This document shows, one piece after another, positions 1 through 12,646 of a stretch of DNA of 34,814 nt (position 1 is the stretch's first letter; every line of letters begins with the position of its first letter). A program made the position numbers and the translations under genes. The notes under the pieces are model-generated. The model had not been told where the DNA came from. It saw only the letters and a program-made list of their open reading frames with translations, and did no database searches. Source of the stretch: Cyanophora paradoxa CCMP329. Taxonomy: Eukaryota > Plantae > Glaucophyta. Location: assembly GCA_004431415.1 (NCBI GenBank), contig QPMI01000354.1, positions 1-34,814 of the forward strand. The letters run 5' to 3'.

Positions 1-2197
1 CCGGCTCCGACACGTCGCCGCCGCCTCGCAGTTCATCTGCCGGAAGGACCTCGACCTTAGCCGGTCGACGGATGTGGAGAGCCGCTCGTGGCTCGCGTCG
101 AAGCGCGGGCCGCGCGGGTTCTACGCATCCTCACTTACGCGGGAGGAGATCCTGCAGCTGCGCCTCCAGCCCAAGGGCGGCGAGCAGCAGGCGGTGTGTG
201 AACTCAGCGCTCTCAAACTCATTTCCTGTCATACTAACTCTTCTTTCCTTCAAGATCTACAACGGCATCTTCGCGGTGCGCTCGCCTCTGCCCTCTGCTC
301 GGATCGCGGGGCGGTTCCGAACGCCGAGGGCGGCGCGGGGCGCAGGTGCCGAGCTTCGACGAGGCGGTGTCGCTGGTGAAGCGGCGCGCGGCGACGGGCT
401 CCAACGTCGGCGTCTACCTCGACCTCGTCCCCCAGCCCGACGTCACCCCCTCCCGCGTCCGCCCCCGCCCCCGCCGCCCGCCCCCGCCGCCGCCCCTCTC
501 GACGGGCGGGCTGGCGGGGGCAGCTGGCGAGCCGGCTGCACGACGCGCTGGCGGGCAACGGGCTGCTGGAGGCGGCGATGCCCGTCGTCGTCGCCTCCTC
601 CGACGTCGTCTTCCTCCGCGAGCTCCGCTCCCGGTGCGCCCCGCCCGCCCCGCCCCCCCTCTCCGCCGCCGAGCGAGCCGGGGTGGGGGTGGTGGCAGCG
701 TGGGGGGGACGCACGTGCGCGCCGTGCTGAAGATGGACTCGTTCGACGACTTCTCCCGCGCCGGCGGCCTCGAGGGCGTCAGCGGTCCGACCCCGCCCCG
801 CCCCGCCCCGCCCCGCCCCGCCCCGCCCCGCCCCGGCCGACGCGCGGCGCTGCAGACTACGCGCACGGGGTGGCGGTGGAGAAGGAGCTCTTCCTGTCGG
901 GGGACAACGACGTGGCGCGCATCGCGCACGACCGGGGCCTCTTCGTGCTGGCGTACACGCACCCGTACTCGCGGGAGACGCCGCAGGAGACGGTGGTGCA
1001 CGACCTGCGGGCGATGCTGGACGCCGGGGCGGACGGGGTCGTCTCGGACCGCGCCGACGACGCCTCCATCGCCCGCCACGGCGTCCTCGCCGGCCACGCC
1101 GCCCCCGCCCCCGCCGACGACGTCCGCCCCGCCCCCGCCCCCGCCCCCGCCCCCGCCCCGGCCCCCGCCCGGCCCCCGTTGAGTTCGCGGGGGGGCAGTC
1201 GTACTACGGGACGCGGTCGGCGGCGGCCGGGGAGGAGGACATCTACGCGGCGCCGCAGGCCTCCAGCGGCCTCTCCTCCGGCTCCATCACCGCAATCGTG
1301 CCCCTCGCCCCCGCCCCTCGCCCCCGCTTCTCGCCCCCCTCGCCGCCTCACGGCCGGGCAGGTGATCCTGTGCCTGGTGGCGGTGGGCGTGGCGGTGGGC
1401 GTGCCGGCGTACCTGCGCTGGAAGGGCGTGACGATGCAGGAGGCGTGGGAGAACGTGCGGACGGCGGTCTCGCCGGCGCGCATGTCGGCGACCTTCGCGG
1501 GGCGCACCTCCACGCAGAGCCTCTCCCCCTCCCTCCTCCGCGACGTCGGCTACGGGGGCGGCCACGGGAGCCCCCTCCACGCCTCCAACACCGTGCCCCG
1601 CTCCCCCCCGCCCCGCCCCCCCGCGCTGCCCCGCCGACGCCCCGGGCCGGGCGCAGGGCTACTACTCGGAGTTCGCGCCGGCGTCGCCCAAGGCGATCCG
1701 CACGCAGCCGGCGAACCTGTACGCGCCGGCCGGCCCCGCCCCGGCCCTCTACAACGAGCCCGTCGGCATGCCGTTCGGCTCGCAGCCGCCCGCGCTCGCC
1801 GGCTCGCTGAGCTTCCGCGCGGGGGGCGGCCCCGGGCGCTCCGCCAACCTCGGCATCCGCACCCAGGACGGCCTCGTCCCCCCCGCCGCCGGCCAGTACT
1901 CCACCCTCGGCGGCCCCGCCGCCGCCGCGCCCCTCGCCCGGCCCCTCCACATGTCCCTCGGCTCCGCCCCCGCCCCCTCCGCCTACCAGGATGCCTACGG
2001 CAACACGGTGCCCCTCCCGCCCGCCCCGCCCCACCCGCCCCCGTCCCGGGCCGACAGGGCTTCGCTCGCAGGGCTTCCGGAAGAGCGGGTTTGCCGTGGA
2101 GAGCGACTTCATGAGCGGGCGCGTGATCGCGGGGCCCAGCGGCTACGCCGACGCGCCCCTCGCCGGCCCGGGCGGCTTCCAGCGCTTCGCCATCTGA
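1..2197 (+). CDS. Glycerophosphodiester phosphodiesterase (GDPD)-like protein with a C-terminal TM helix; 5'-partial, multi-exon
   Basis: Spliced segments read LTREEILQLRL / IYNGIFA (21-nt exon 255-275) / VPSFDEAVSLV..VGVYLDL / DYAHGVAVEK..AHDRGLFVLAYT..MLDAGADGVVSD, resembling GDPD motifs. These are followed by hydrophobic VILCLVAVGVAVGVPAYLRWK and a Pro-rich tail; stop TGA at 2195-2197. Confidence 0.75.
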
Positions 2198-2425
2198 GCC
2201 CATTTTAGTCCCGTCCGCCCCGCGCCCCCACGACGCCTCGTTCGGGGATGTCGGGGCTCTGTGCGTAACCATAGAACCAAACCATCAAACCCTGATTGCC
2301 GCGGCCGGTATATATTCGAAACCAAAGCAGGCGAGGCCCGCAAGGGCTCTTGCAATTGACGGGTGCTAGTGCACGTGTGGGGTACCGTGCACGTGCGGTG
2401 GCATTCGATCCGCCGGCGCCTAGCA

Positions 2426-4184
2426 ATGTCAGGCTGGCGCGACTCTGCGATGCGGCGCTCGCGAAGACGCGAGCTGGAGATCTATCCGGCGTCGCCGCTG
2501 AGCCCGGGCGCCAGTGCACGACGGCCCGCGCTGGAGGACGACGCCGACGAGGAAGACGTCGTCCCCATCAGCTCAGCGCGACTGAGGTCAGAGCTGTCGT
2601 TTCGCATGCAGCTGGAGGCGGCGTCGGCGCACGACGCAGGGCCGCCAGGCAGCCCGAGCGCACGCTCGGGCGCACCGGCCGGAGCAGCGACCAATCGGCC
2701 GAGCAGCGCGAAGGCGCGCGCATCCGAGCTGGCAATCCCTTTCGACGGGTCGCTCGCCCCTAAGCCTGCGCCCATCGACGTCAAGCACGACGTCGACGCC
2801 AGCGCGCCCGCGGCTGCAGCGCCGCCGTGCAGCGCGGACGTCGACAGCCGGAGCGCGAGGAGCTCGGACGCGCACGAATCGCCCCGTGCCAGCTCGCCCT
2901 TCGAGCAGCGCGAAGCGAGCGGGTGCAGCGAGGCGGCGGGCAGTGAGGCGGCGGGCAGCGAGGCGGCGGGCAGCGAGGCGGCGGGCAGCGAGGCGGCGGA
3001 GAGCGCGCGGCAGGAGCGCTGGGAGCGCTGGGTGCGTGGCTTGGCCCGGCGTGCTCGCGAGCGCGGCCCGCTCAGGCCGCCGGCGCACGGGCAGGACGAG
3101 GGCGAGGAGGCGGAGGAGGGCGGGCGGCCCCCGGAGGGCGCCGGGGAGGGGCCGGAGGGCGCGGCGCGGCCGGCGTGCCCCTTCCTCTCCCTCTCGGACG
3201 ACCTCATCGTGGCGCTGCTCTCGCACGTGGAGCCCGTCCTGCGGGAGAGCGCCGCCGTCCGCGCCCTCTGCGCCCTCCGCCTCGTCTGCCGCCGCTTCCG
3301 CGACGCCGTCGACGCCGCCGGGGGCGCGGTGGCCCTCGCCTCCGCCCTCCGCGTGCCGCGCGGCGGCGAGCGGCTCGCGGGGCTCGTGCTGCGCCGCCCC
3401 GGGGCCTTCGGGGGCCTGCGCGAGGCCGAGATCGAGGCGGTGCGGTGGGACCCGGAGCGCGTCTTCCGCGCCCTCCTCTGCCCCGACCTCCTCGCCTCGC
3501 TGCGCCTCTCCTTCTCGAGCCTCGCCTGCCTGGAGTCCGTGCCGCGGCGCTGCCCGCACCTGCGGCAGCTCGCGCTGCACCTCTCCTCGGCGGAGGAGGC
3601 GGACATGGCGGGGCCCCTGGGGGCGGCCCTCGCCGCCCTGCCCCTCCTCGAGTCCCTCGAGCTCGGCGACGCCCGCCTCGCCTCCTGGGGCGCCCTCCTC
3701 GCCGCCGCCCCGGTGGGCCTCGAACGCCTCGCCCTCGACGCCTGCTACACCCGCGTCGAGCGCCACTACCTCCGCGCACGCCCCCCGCCCGCCCCGCCCC
3801 GCCCCCGTCCCACCCCCGCCGCCTGAGCTGCGCCCCCTCGCAGGTGCTGGACCTATCGGGGCTCGAGGGGACGCCGGCGGGGGCGGCGCTGACCTCCCTC
3901 TCCCTCCGGGGGCCCCTCGCCGGCCACGTCGCCTCCCTCGCGCCCCTCGCCGCCCTGCCGCGGTGCCCCCCGCCCGCGCCCCCGCGCCCCCGCGCCCCCG
4001 CGCCGCCCACGCGCCCTCCAGGCTGGCCTCGCTGTCGCTGTCGAACCTGGGCCCCGGGGATCCACCGGCGCCGGCGCCGCCGCTCGCCCTCCCCGCCCTC
4101 GCCGCCCTCGAGCTCGCCGAGTTCGAGTGCTGGACGGAGACCGCCGTCCTCCTCGTCGAGGTGCATACACGCACGCACGCGTCT

Positions 4185-4226
<42 letters not shown>

Positions 4227-4944
4227 TTAGCCTCGGCAGGCGGCGGGGGGCGGCTGGAGCGGCTCGCGATGGACCTCTCGCCGGCGGCGGAGCAGCAGCT
4301 CGGGGCCGCCCCGCGCCCCTTCGCCGAGCAGCCGGCCCTCGCCGCCCGCCTCGCCGCCGCCCTCCGCCGCGCCCCGCGCCTCCGATCTTTCTCCCTCACC
4401 GGCGACCCCGACGGCGGCAAGCCCGAGGTCCGCGCCCCGCCCCGCCCCGCCCCCGCGGCCCTCGAGCCGGGCGGGGCGGCAGGTGGAGGTGCTGGCGGCG
4501 GCGCTGGCGTGCCCGCTGCTCGAGGCGGCGGCCGTCGTCCACGCGCACCCGCACTCGGCCAACCCGCTGCCGTACCCGCGCATCGCGGGGGCGCTGGCGG
4601 CGGCCGCGGCGCTCGGCGGCCTCGAGATGGGCACCTCGGACGCGACGGCGCTGGACGCGCTCGCGGCCCTCCCGCCCCGCCTCCGCCACCTCGCCCTCCG
4701 CCTCGGCCCCGACGCCGCCCTCTGGGCCGCCGCCCTCGAGGCCGCCGCCGCCGCCCTCCCCGCCCTCCCCGCGCTGTGCACCCTGCGGCTCGCCCCCGCC
4801 ACGCGCGAGACGGCGCTGATCATGGCGCGCTGGCGGCCCGAGGGGGAGGCGGAGGGGGCGCGCGCCCTCGCCGCCCTCGCCGCCGCCGGCGTCGCCCTCT
4901 CCATCGAGCGCGAGTGGGACCCGAGCGCGCGCGCTCGCCGCTGA
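2426..4944 (+). CDS. F-box protein with Leu-rich (LRR-like) C-terminus, multi-exon
   Basis: ATG at 2426 follows an AT-richer spacer. F-box-like PFLSLSDDLIVALLSHV..LRLVCRRFRDAV, then repeated LxxLxL motifs (CPHLRQLALHL, LPLLESLEL, APRLRSFSL, LPALCTLRL). TGA at 4942-4944. Confidence 0.7.
2925..2999 (+). repeat. 15-bp coding tandem repeat x5 (GSEAA)
   Basis: gcagcgaggcggcgg repeated five times with one substitution. Confidence 0.9.
4186..4224 (+). repeat. 39-nt poly(C) run inside an intron
   Basis: Uninterrupted C run between donor gtgcat (4161) and acceptor ttag/gcag (4230/4239). Confidence 0.85.
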
Positions 4945-5470
4945 CTGCGAGGGGCCGGCTGGGCTCTTGCAACTTGTGAGCCTGTTTTGCAGAAGGTGCG
5001 AGAATAGCCACTGCTTGGCCCATGGCCAGTGACGCGCAACGTCCGACGGGTTCTAGATCTTGTCGCGAATTTAGCGGAGCGAATTTTGCGCCAATTTAGT
5101 GGGGGCGCGGCCTCATGATCAGTGGGGTTCGGTGGCTCTGAGGGGCGCGAAAAAATGGACGGATCTGGACCAAGCCTTTGAAGACAAAGCCGAAGGCATG
5201 GCCATGGCCCAGTGGGGCCCCTCGGAGCAGACAAGAAATTAAAGTGAAAAAGACTAAGACGCCGAAAAGCTTTTGGCCTTGAAAGTTCGGAAGCCTTTAA
5301 GTCGAGATCTCTCGAGGAGTTCGGAGGCTCCCTCCGATCCACTGACTGATGATCAGCGAGCCCTCCGAGGGTCGGAGTGCCCTTCCAAGGCATCAATTGA
5401 AATTGAAATGACGTAGACACGCATATCATTATGCCCTGGGACCGTCGGACACAGGGGCACAACTGTGACA

Positions 5471-5553
5471 CAGTGTTAAGCTGCAGCAGCGCTGCAGCAA
5501 TGGCAGGCCTAGGGCCACTGGGGCTCAGTGTTAAGCTGCAGTGTTAAGCTGTA
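5471..5553. repeat. Three copies of CAGTGTTAAGCTG in the intergenic spacer
   Basis: Copies at about 5471, 5526 and 5539. Confidence 0.8.
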
Positions 5554-5792
5554 GCCGAAGTTCGACTGTACCGTCCTTGGGACCGTCACAGCGTCAAGAT
5601 CGAAACTTGAAACGGAGTTCAGCATGCCCAGTGTGCTCCAATACACGCGCGCGGCCCCCGAAGCTGGTCCCCCGACCGGATTTCCCGCATTACATAGCTA
5701 TCTTTTGTGCCGTCATCTCCCGTCTCTAATGTACACGTACACGGAATTCGAAACCACAAGGTCGACGTGCGTCGTTTGCAGCTGCGTTCTCG

Positions 5793-8700
5793 CTAGACGC
5801 CGACGTCGATCCAGGGGGCGAACGTGGGCGCGGCGAGGGGCAGCGGGGCGCGGCGGGCGGCGAGGGGGTCGGGCGGGGCGGGGAGGGCGTCGGCGAGGCG
5901 CGCGAGGGCCTCGTCGGGGGGCGCGGCGGCGAAGTCGAAGGGCGCCTCGGGCCCCTCGAGGAGCCACACGAGCCGCAGCTCCACCACCTCCGCCCCGCCC
6001 CGGCCTCCGCCCCCGCGGCGGCGGCGGTGCGCTCGGCGACGGCGGGGCCGGCGGCCCAGGCGCCGCGCAGGGCGACCTCGCGCGCCGTCTCGTCGCGCAG
6101 GCGCCGCACGAGGGCCCCGAAGGCCACGCCCCGCGCCCGCCGCCCCGCCGCCCGCTGCACGAACCGCGCGTAGCCGGCGGCCGATGCGCGCGTGCCGGCC
6201 GCCTCCGCTGTGCGCGCCTCGTCGCCCGGGGGCGCCCGAGGGCGGCGAAGGGGCGAGGGCGCGCGAGGCGGCGGGGCCGGCGGCCCAGTCGTAGTAGCGC
6301 TCGAGGCGGGCCCACTCGGGGCGGAGGGGCTCGGGGGCGGCCGGCAGCTCGCCCCGGAACTCGATCTCGAGGCGGGCGAGGCGCGGCAGGCGCCACTGCG
6401 CCGCCCACGCCGCCGCGTACGCCTCCGCCGCCGCCCGCAGCAGCGCCGCCAGCCGCCCCTCCGCCCCCCGCCCCCCTCGGGCGCCGCCAGCCGCACGCGC
6501 AGCAGGGGCCGGTCGAGGGCGCCGCCGGCGGCGGCGGCGGCGAGCTCGGCGGCCCCGCCCTCGACCTCGGCGACGAGGGCGGGGTCGGCGGGGACCCATC
6601 GCTCGTCCAGTCGCGCCCCGGCGGCGGCGGCGGCGAGCTCGCGCGGCAGGGGGCACGGGTCGCCCCGGCGGAGACGCCACTGCGCGAGGGCGCCGTCGGC
6701 GGCCCCCGCGGAGAGGACGAGGGCGCCCCCGCCGCCGGCCGCCGCCCGCGAAACGTCCACCCGCACCGCCGCCACCCGCCCGGCGTGCGCCCCGTAGCTC
6801 CGCGCCGCCGCCTGCGCCCGCTCGACTTCAGAGGGGGCGGGGCGGCGGGCAAAGAGGGACGCACGGCGGGGTGCTGCCAGGGGTAGCGGGCGAGGGAGAG
6901 GAGGCCGTGCTCGTCCCCCGCCACGACGGCCCCCCCGAGCGCCGGCGCCGCCTCCCACCCCCGCCGCCGCGCGCCCTCCCCGCCGGCCCCTCCCTCCCCG
7001 GCTCCGGGGCCGGGGCGACGTCGACGGGGCGCAGGGGCCGCGGGGCCTCCCCGCCGGGCTCCTCGACCCACTGCGCGCCCTCCAGCCCGGGCCGCACGGG
7101 CACGGCGGCCCGCCCGGCGCCGCCGCCGCCGCCGCGTCCGGCTCGCCGTCGCGCCCGGGGAGGCGGCGGCAGGCGGAGCGGCCGGCGGCGTCGCAGGCGC
7201 GCAGCTGGGCGCCGTCGGGCGACCACTCGAGGGCGGCGATGGGGGCCGGGGCGCCGGCGGGGGCGTGGGGAAGAGGGCGCGGGGGTGGTGGAGAGGCGGC
7301 GCCAGGGGCGGACGCCCCAGAGCTCCAGGGTCCCCGCCGCCGTCCCCAGCGCGAGCAGCGCCCCGTCGGGGGCGAAGGCCGCCGCCGTCGCCGCCCCCTC
7401 GGGCCCGCCCCCCGCGCCGCCCTCGAAAACCGTCTGCAGGCCCTCCGCCTCCACCACGAGGAACTGCGCGGGGGTGTCACGGGGGGGCGGGGGGAGCGGA
7501 GGGTGCGGGGCGCACGGAGCCGGTGTGGAGGGCGACGAGGAGGGAGGCCCCGTCGGGGGTGTACGCGAGGGCCCCCGTCGGGTCGCCCGGCAGCCGCCGC
7601 CCCGCCACGGGCTCCGGCGGCGACGCCCGCCACGTCCGCAGCGTCCGGTCCGCCCCCGCCGTCGCGTACTCCCCGCCCCCGCCCCCGCCGGGCCGCAGCG
7701 CGAGCGCCGCCGTCCCCGCGCACGGGGCCGCCGCCCCGGGCAGCGGGCCCAGCCCCGAGGCGAGCAGCAGCGGGCCGTCCGCGCCGGAGGAGGGGCCGGC
7801 GGGGGGAGGGCAGCTGGAGGAGGGCGCCGGCGGCAAGGCCGACGAGGAGGCGGCCCGGGGCGAGGTCGAGGGAGCGGACGGCGGCCGCCATGGGGCCCGG
7901 CGGGGGCGCCCCCGGCAGCGCCGCGAGCGCCTCGAGCGGCTGCAGCGCCGCGAGGGGCGCCATGCGCCCGTCGAAGAGGCGCACCGCCCCGTCGGCGCCG
8001 CCCGAGGCGACGAGGCCGAGGGCGGAAGAGGCGGCGAGGGCGAGGACGGGCCCGCGGTGGGCCGGCGTGCGGGCCACGCACGTCGCGGCGGCGAAGTGGT
8101 AGAGGTCGCCGTGCGAGGTGCCGGCGATGCCGAGGGCGGGCCCCGCCCAGCAGAAGGCCTGCCCCGCGCGCCCCGCCACGAGGCCCCGCCGCTGCCGCGA
8201 GTACGCCGCCTGCCGCACGCTCAGCGAGGCCCCGCCGTACTCCTGCGAGCGGCGCGGGGGTCAGAGGGGAGGGGGCGTGGGGGGAGCGGGGGGGGAGCGC
8301 GGGAGGGCTGACGTCGTGGGCGAAGCGCCAGAAGGCGACGTGGCCCATCCCCGCGGTGGCGAAGAGCGCGCCCCGGGCCCCCGCCCGCCCCGCCGCCCCG
8401 CGTTGACCGCCACGCAGAAGACGCGGTGCGGCGTGCCGGCGGGGCGCCAGGCGAGGAGCTGGGCGGCGGGGAGCGGGGCGCCCGTGGCGGGGTCCCGCCA
8501 GCGCCAGACGGCGACGCGGCGCTCCGCCTCGAGGCCGGCGGTGACGAGGAGCTCGTCGCCGCGGGGCGGGCAGCGCGCGAAGGCGAGGGCCGAGACGCCC
8601 CGCTCGTGCACGCCGGCGCACTCCACGCGCACGGGCTCCGCCCCCGGGTCCCCCGCGCGCCACACGAGCACCCCGGGCACCGCCCCCGCCGCCGCCGAGG

Positions 8701-11700
8701 CGACCCACTCGCCCGACTCGTGCACCGCCAGCCTGCGCGCCCGGCGGCCTCAGCGGAGGGGGGAAGATAAAAGAGACCGGAAACGGGCGGACGCGGTGAG
8801 GGGGCCCTCGTGGCGGGTGAAGTGGGCCTGGAGGCCCGGCGAGGTAGGCGGCGCGGGCGCCGGCCGAGGCGGGCAGGTAGCGGGCCGCGCCGCGCGTGTG
8901 GGCCCCCGAGAAGCCGTGCACCCACTGGAGCTCGAGCTCGTGGTCGGGCGGGCGCCGCAGCTCCTCCGCCCACAGCTCCTCCGGCATCGCGCACTCCGTC
9001 AGCTCCCCGCCCCGCCCGGCCCGCCGGCCCCGCCGCGACGGGCCGCGCGGGCGGGGGGACCTCGGGGAGGCGCGCCTCGGCGATGGGCCGCGGCAGGTGC
9101 CGCTGGGCGGGCGGCGGGCCGCCGGCGAGGGCGGCGCGGCGGCGGAGGGCGGCGTGGAGGTCGGGGGCCGGCCCGCCGGTCGCCTCGGCGACGAGCCAGT
9201 CCTCCTCGAGGGCGAGGTCGGGGGCGGCGGGGCCCTCGGGCGAGGCCCGCCCCGCGCCGCCCTCGCGCACGAGGCGCCACTGCACGAGGGCGAAGTCGGC
9301 GCCGCCGGCCGAGTAGGCCCGCGCGTCGTCGCAGGAGAGGCGGGCGGCGGCGAGGCCGCGGGCGTGGGCGCGGGCGGAGCGGCGGGCGGCGGTCTGGGAG
9401 AGGCAGGGGAAGCGGGCGAGGGCGAGGGCGCCGCCGCGGCGGGCGACGAGGAGCAGGCCCTCGTCCCGCGTCCGCTCCACGCAGGCCACGTCCGCCGGGC
9501 CGTCCGCCGGCTCCAGCGCCCCCTGCGTCGCCCACCCGCAGGGCGCCGTGTAGCTCTCCCACTGGGCGGCGCGCCCCGCCTCGAGGGGCGCGGGGCGGGC
9601 GGCCTCGGCGTCCCAGTAGAGGGCTGCGAGCGAGGCGGCCGAGCTCTGCAGCAGCGCCCCGTCCACGGACCAGTCCAGCGAGCGCACGGCCGCCGCGTGG
9701 CCCTCGAGCCGCGCCAGCCGCGCGTAGCCCTGCCCGGGGGCCAGCAGCTCGATCGCCGCGTCCCGCCCGCCGGCGGCGAGCGCCGCGCCGTCGGGGGAGT
9801 AGCGGAGGCAGGTGACCTCCGCCCCGCGGGCGGTGCGGGCGAGGGCCGCGAGCTCGGCCCCGAGGCGGGGCCAGCGCAGCACGGCCACGCCGCCGTCCGC
9901 GAGCCCCGCGGCGAGGTGCGCCCCGTCCGGCGACCAGGCCGCGCACAGCGCCGGCGCCGGCAGCTCGCGCCCCCGGCCGGCCGCCGCCCCTCGGCGTCCC
10001 TGCGGGGCGCCCCGGCGTCAGCAGGGGAGCGTGGGGCGAGCGGGGGCGGAGGGGGCGCGCCAGACGCGGAGGACGGCGTCGTCGCCGGCGGAGGCGAAGA
10101 GCGGGTCGCTGGGGTGGGCGGCGAGGGCGCAGAGGGCCCCGGGGCGGGCGCGGGTGCCCGGGACGAGGCGGTGGCCCTCGACGAGGACCTTGGCGGCGCC
10201 GCCGGCGAGCTCGAGCTGGAGGATGACGCCCTGGCGGGTCCCGACGACGGCGCGGCCGCGGATGAGGTGGATGGAGCGCACGGCCGGCGCCCCCGCCCCG
10301 AAGGCCGCCCGGTAGCGCTCCTCGCCCTCCCCGGGGGCCGCCGCCTCGAAGGCGCGCAGGGCGGCCTCGCGGAGGGACCAGCCGCGCCGCGTCGCCAGCG
10401 TCGCCCGCTCGTACTGCGCCCCGCTCAGAGGCGCCCGGGAGGGGCCGAGGAGGGCGACGCGGACCTCGACGAGGCGGCCGTCGGCGCCGCCGGAGACGAG
10501 GGTCCCCTCCGCCGGGTTCACCGCCACCGCCCACACGGGCCCCACGTGCGGGGCCCCCGCCCCAGGCCCGCCCCCTGCTTCCCCGCGAAGCGGTACGCCA
10601 CCACCGCCGGCGGGAGCGGCTCCGGCGGGCCCCCGCCCCGCTCGACGAGCCGCCCCCGCTCCCGCTCCCGCGGCCGCTCCGCGGCGAGCCCCGCCCGCCC
10701 GACTCTGGCCCGCTAGAGCGGGCGGAGGCAGAGCCGGGGCGGGGCGAGCCGCTGCTGGGCTCGGGGGCCTGCGCCTCGGGCGTCGACTCGACGGGCGGGG
10801 CGACGTCCTCGTAGACGGCCTCGAAGCGGTAGAGGTCGCCGGTGGAGGAGGCGGCGACGAAGGCCGCCTCGCCCGTCCAGGCCACCGCGTGGAAGGCCGC
10901 CGGCAGGTCGGCCGCCCCGGGCTCGGCGAGCACGGGCACGCGCTCCAGGCTCCCCGCCCCCGCCTGCGCCTCCGTCGAGTACTCTGGGATGGAGATCACC
11001 TGCGAGGCCCGCGCGGTGAGCCCCGGGAGGGGCGCCGGGCGGGGGGGCGCGCGCGCCCAGACGGAGAGGTGCCGGTGGCCGACGGCGACGAAGCGGGCGC
11101 CGTCGACGGGCGAGAAGTGCACGCCGTAGATCTGCCGGCGCGCCGGCGGCGTCGGGAGGGGGAGCGGGGCGGGGCAGGGGGGCGCGGACGCGGTTGGGCC
11201 CGGTGGGGGCGGCGGCGAGGACGGGGAAGCCGGCCTCGCGGTCCCGCACGTCCCACACCGCCAGCTGCCCCCTCGGGTCAGAGGGGGCGGGGCGGGCGGC
11301 CTCGCGGGGCCGGCGGGGCGCGCGGACCGTGTGCGCGGGGTCGAGGGCGGCGCCGACGAGGGTCCACCCCGCCGACGAGAAGGCGAGGGCCCCCACGCCG
11401 TAGCCGCCGGGGACGGGGGGCGGCAGCACGGCGTGCTCGGCGCAGGTGACGGGGTCCCACATCCGCACGGGCCGCGCCCCGCTCGCCTGGCCCGTCGCCA
11501 CCATCCGCAGGTTCCGGTACGGCGCCATGCTGCGCGGCGGGCCGCCTCGGTGGAGGGAGAGCGGGGGAAAGGGGCGGGAGGGCGGGGCGCGCACCAGAGG
11601 ATGACATCGTCGTGGCCGAGGTAGTGCCGCTGCGCGTGCCGCCGCTCGTTGTACGCCACGCCCACCGCCCCGCACGTGTACACCACCTGCCCCCGAGTGA

Positions 11701-12576
11701 GGGGCGCTGGGGAGGGTGGGACGAGGCGTAGAGGGCGCGCCTCGTCGTCGTTGTCGAGGTGGTAGACGTTGGCGCGGCAGTCGTAGCCCCGGTAGCCGTA
11801 CACCCACTCGGGCTCGAGGCGCGCGGGCGGCGCCTCGGCGTGCGCGGGGCTCGGCGCGAAGTGCGCCGGCGTGTGCGCGCGGGCGGCGGCGAGCCAGGGC
11901 TGCGGGGCCTGCGCCCCGCGGGAGCGGCCGCGCGGGGCCGGGGCCGCGAGCGCGAGGTACTCCATGCCCGCCTCCTCGAGCTCCGCCTCCTCCTCGGGGG
12001 AGCCGGGCGGGGCGGCCGGCAGGGCGGCGAGCAGCTCGAGCACCTCAGCCGCCCCGCTCGCCTCCCAGGGGCCCGACGCCAGCACGCCCGAGGCCCCCGC
12101 CGCGCGCAGGTCCGCCCCCACGGCGCGCGTGCGGGGCGGCCGGCTGCGCGCCGCCTCGAGCGAGGCCCGCACCGCGGCGCCGGCGGCCTCGCCGTACGCC
12201 GTCGCCCGCGCCCGCGTGCCGGCCCCTCGTACGCCTCCGTGTGGAAGTGCCGGTGGTCCGGCTGGAACCGCAGCGGCGACGGCGGCCGCCACGCGCCCCG
12301 CTCCGCCCCGCTGGTGCCGTCGCCGGGCGCCGGGGCGGCGCGGAGCGCGGGCGCGGCGGCGCCGGCTTGGCGGGGGACGCCGGCGGGGCGAGCCGGAGAG
12401 GCGGGGAGGGGTGGAGGGGCCGGGCAGGGCGGGAGGAGGCCGGCTGGGGGTGGCGAGGCGCCTCGGGAGGGCGAGGCGCCGCGGGAGGGGGAGAGGGCCC
12501 CTTCAGAGGGCGCTGGCGGGCTGGCGGCGCCGCCGGCCGCCATCCTGCTGCTCCGCTGCGCGTGCCGCGTGACGAC
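5793..12576 (-). CDS. EML (echinoderm microtubule-associated protein-like, EML5/6-type) region with two HELP motifs plus WD40 repeats; probably the 3' half of a larger gene
   Basis: HELP motifs PPARLEPEWVYGYRGYDCRANV (~11760-11830) and PPDHELELQWVHGFSG (~8900-8950). Also VVYTCGAVGVAYN..QRHYLGHDD, EVTCLRYSPDG..GH..AVRSLDWSVDG..LQS, and YSAGGADFALVQW. Stop TAG at 5793-5795. Confidence 0.85.
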
Positions 12577-12646
12577 CTGCGCCGGCGCGAGGTGAGTGGC
12601 CGAGGGCGGGGCGGGGGCGGGGAGGGGGGAGGAGGGACGGGCGCGC

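Noticed and set aside
5346-5410. CTGATGA followed later by GAAA (hammerhead ribozyme core)
   Set aside because: Stem II closure and stems I/III could not be built.
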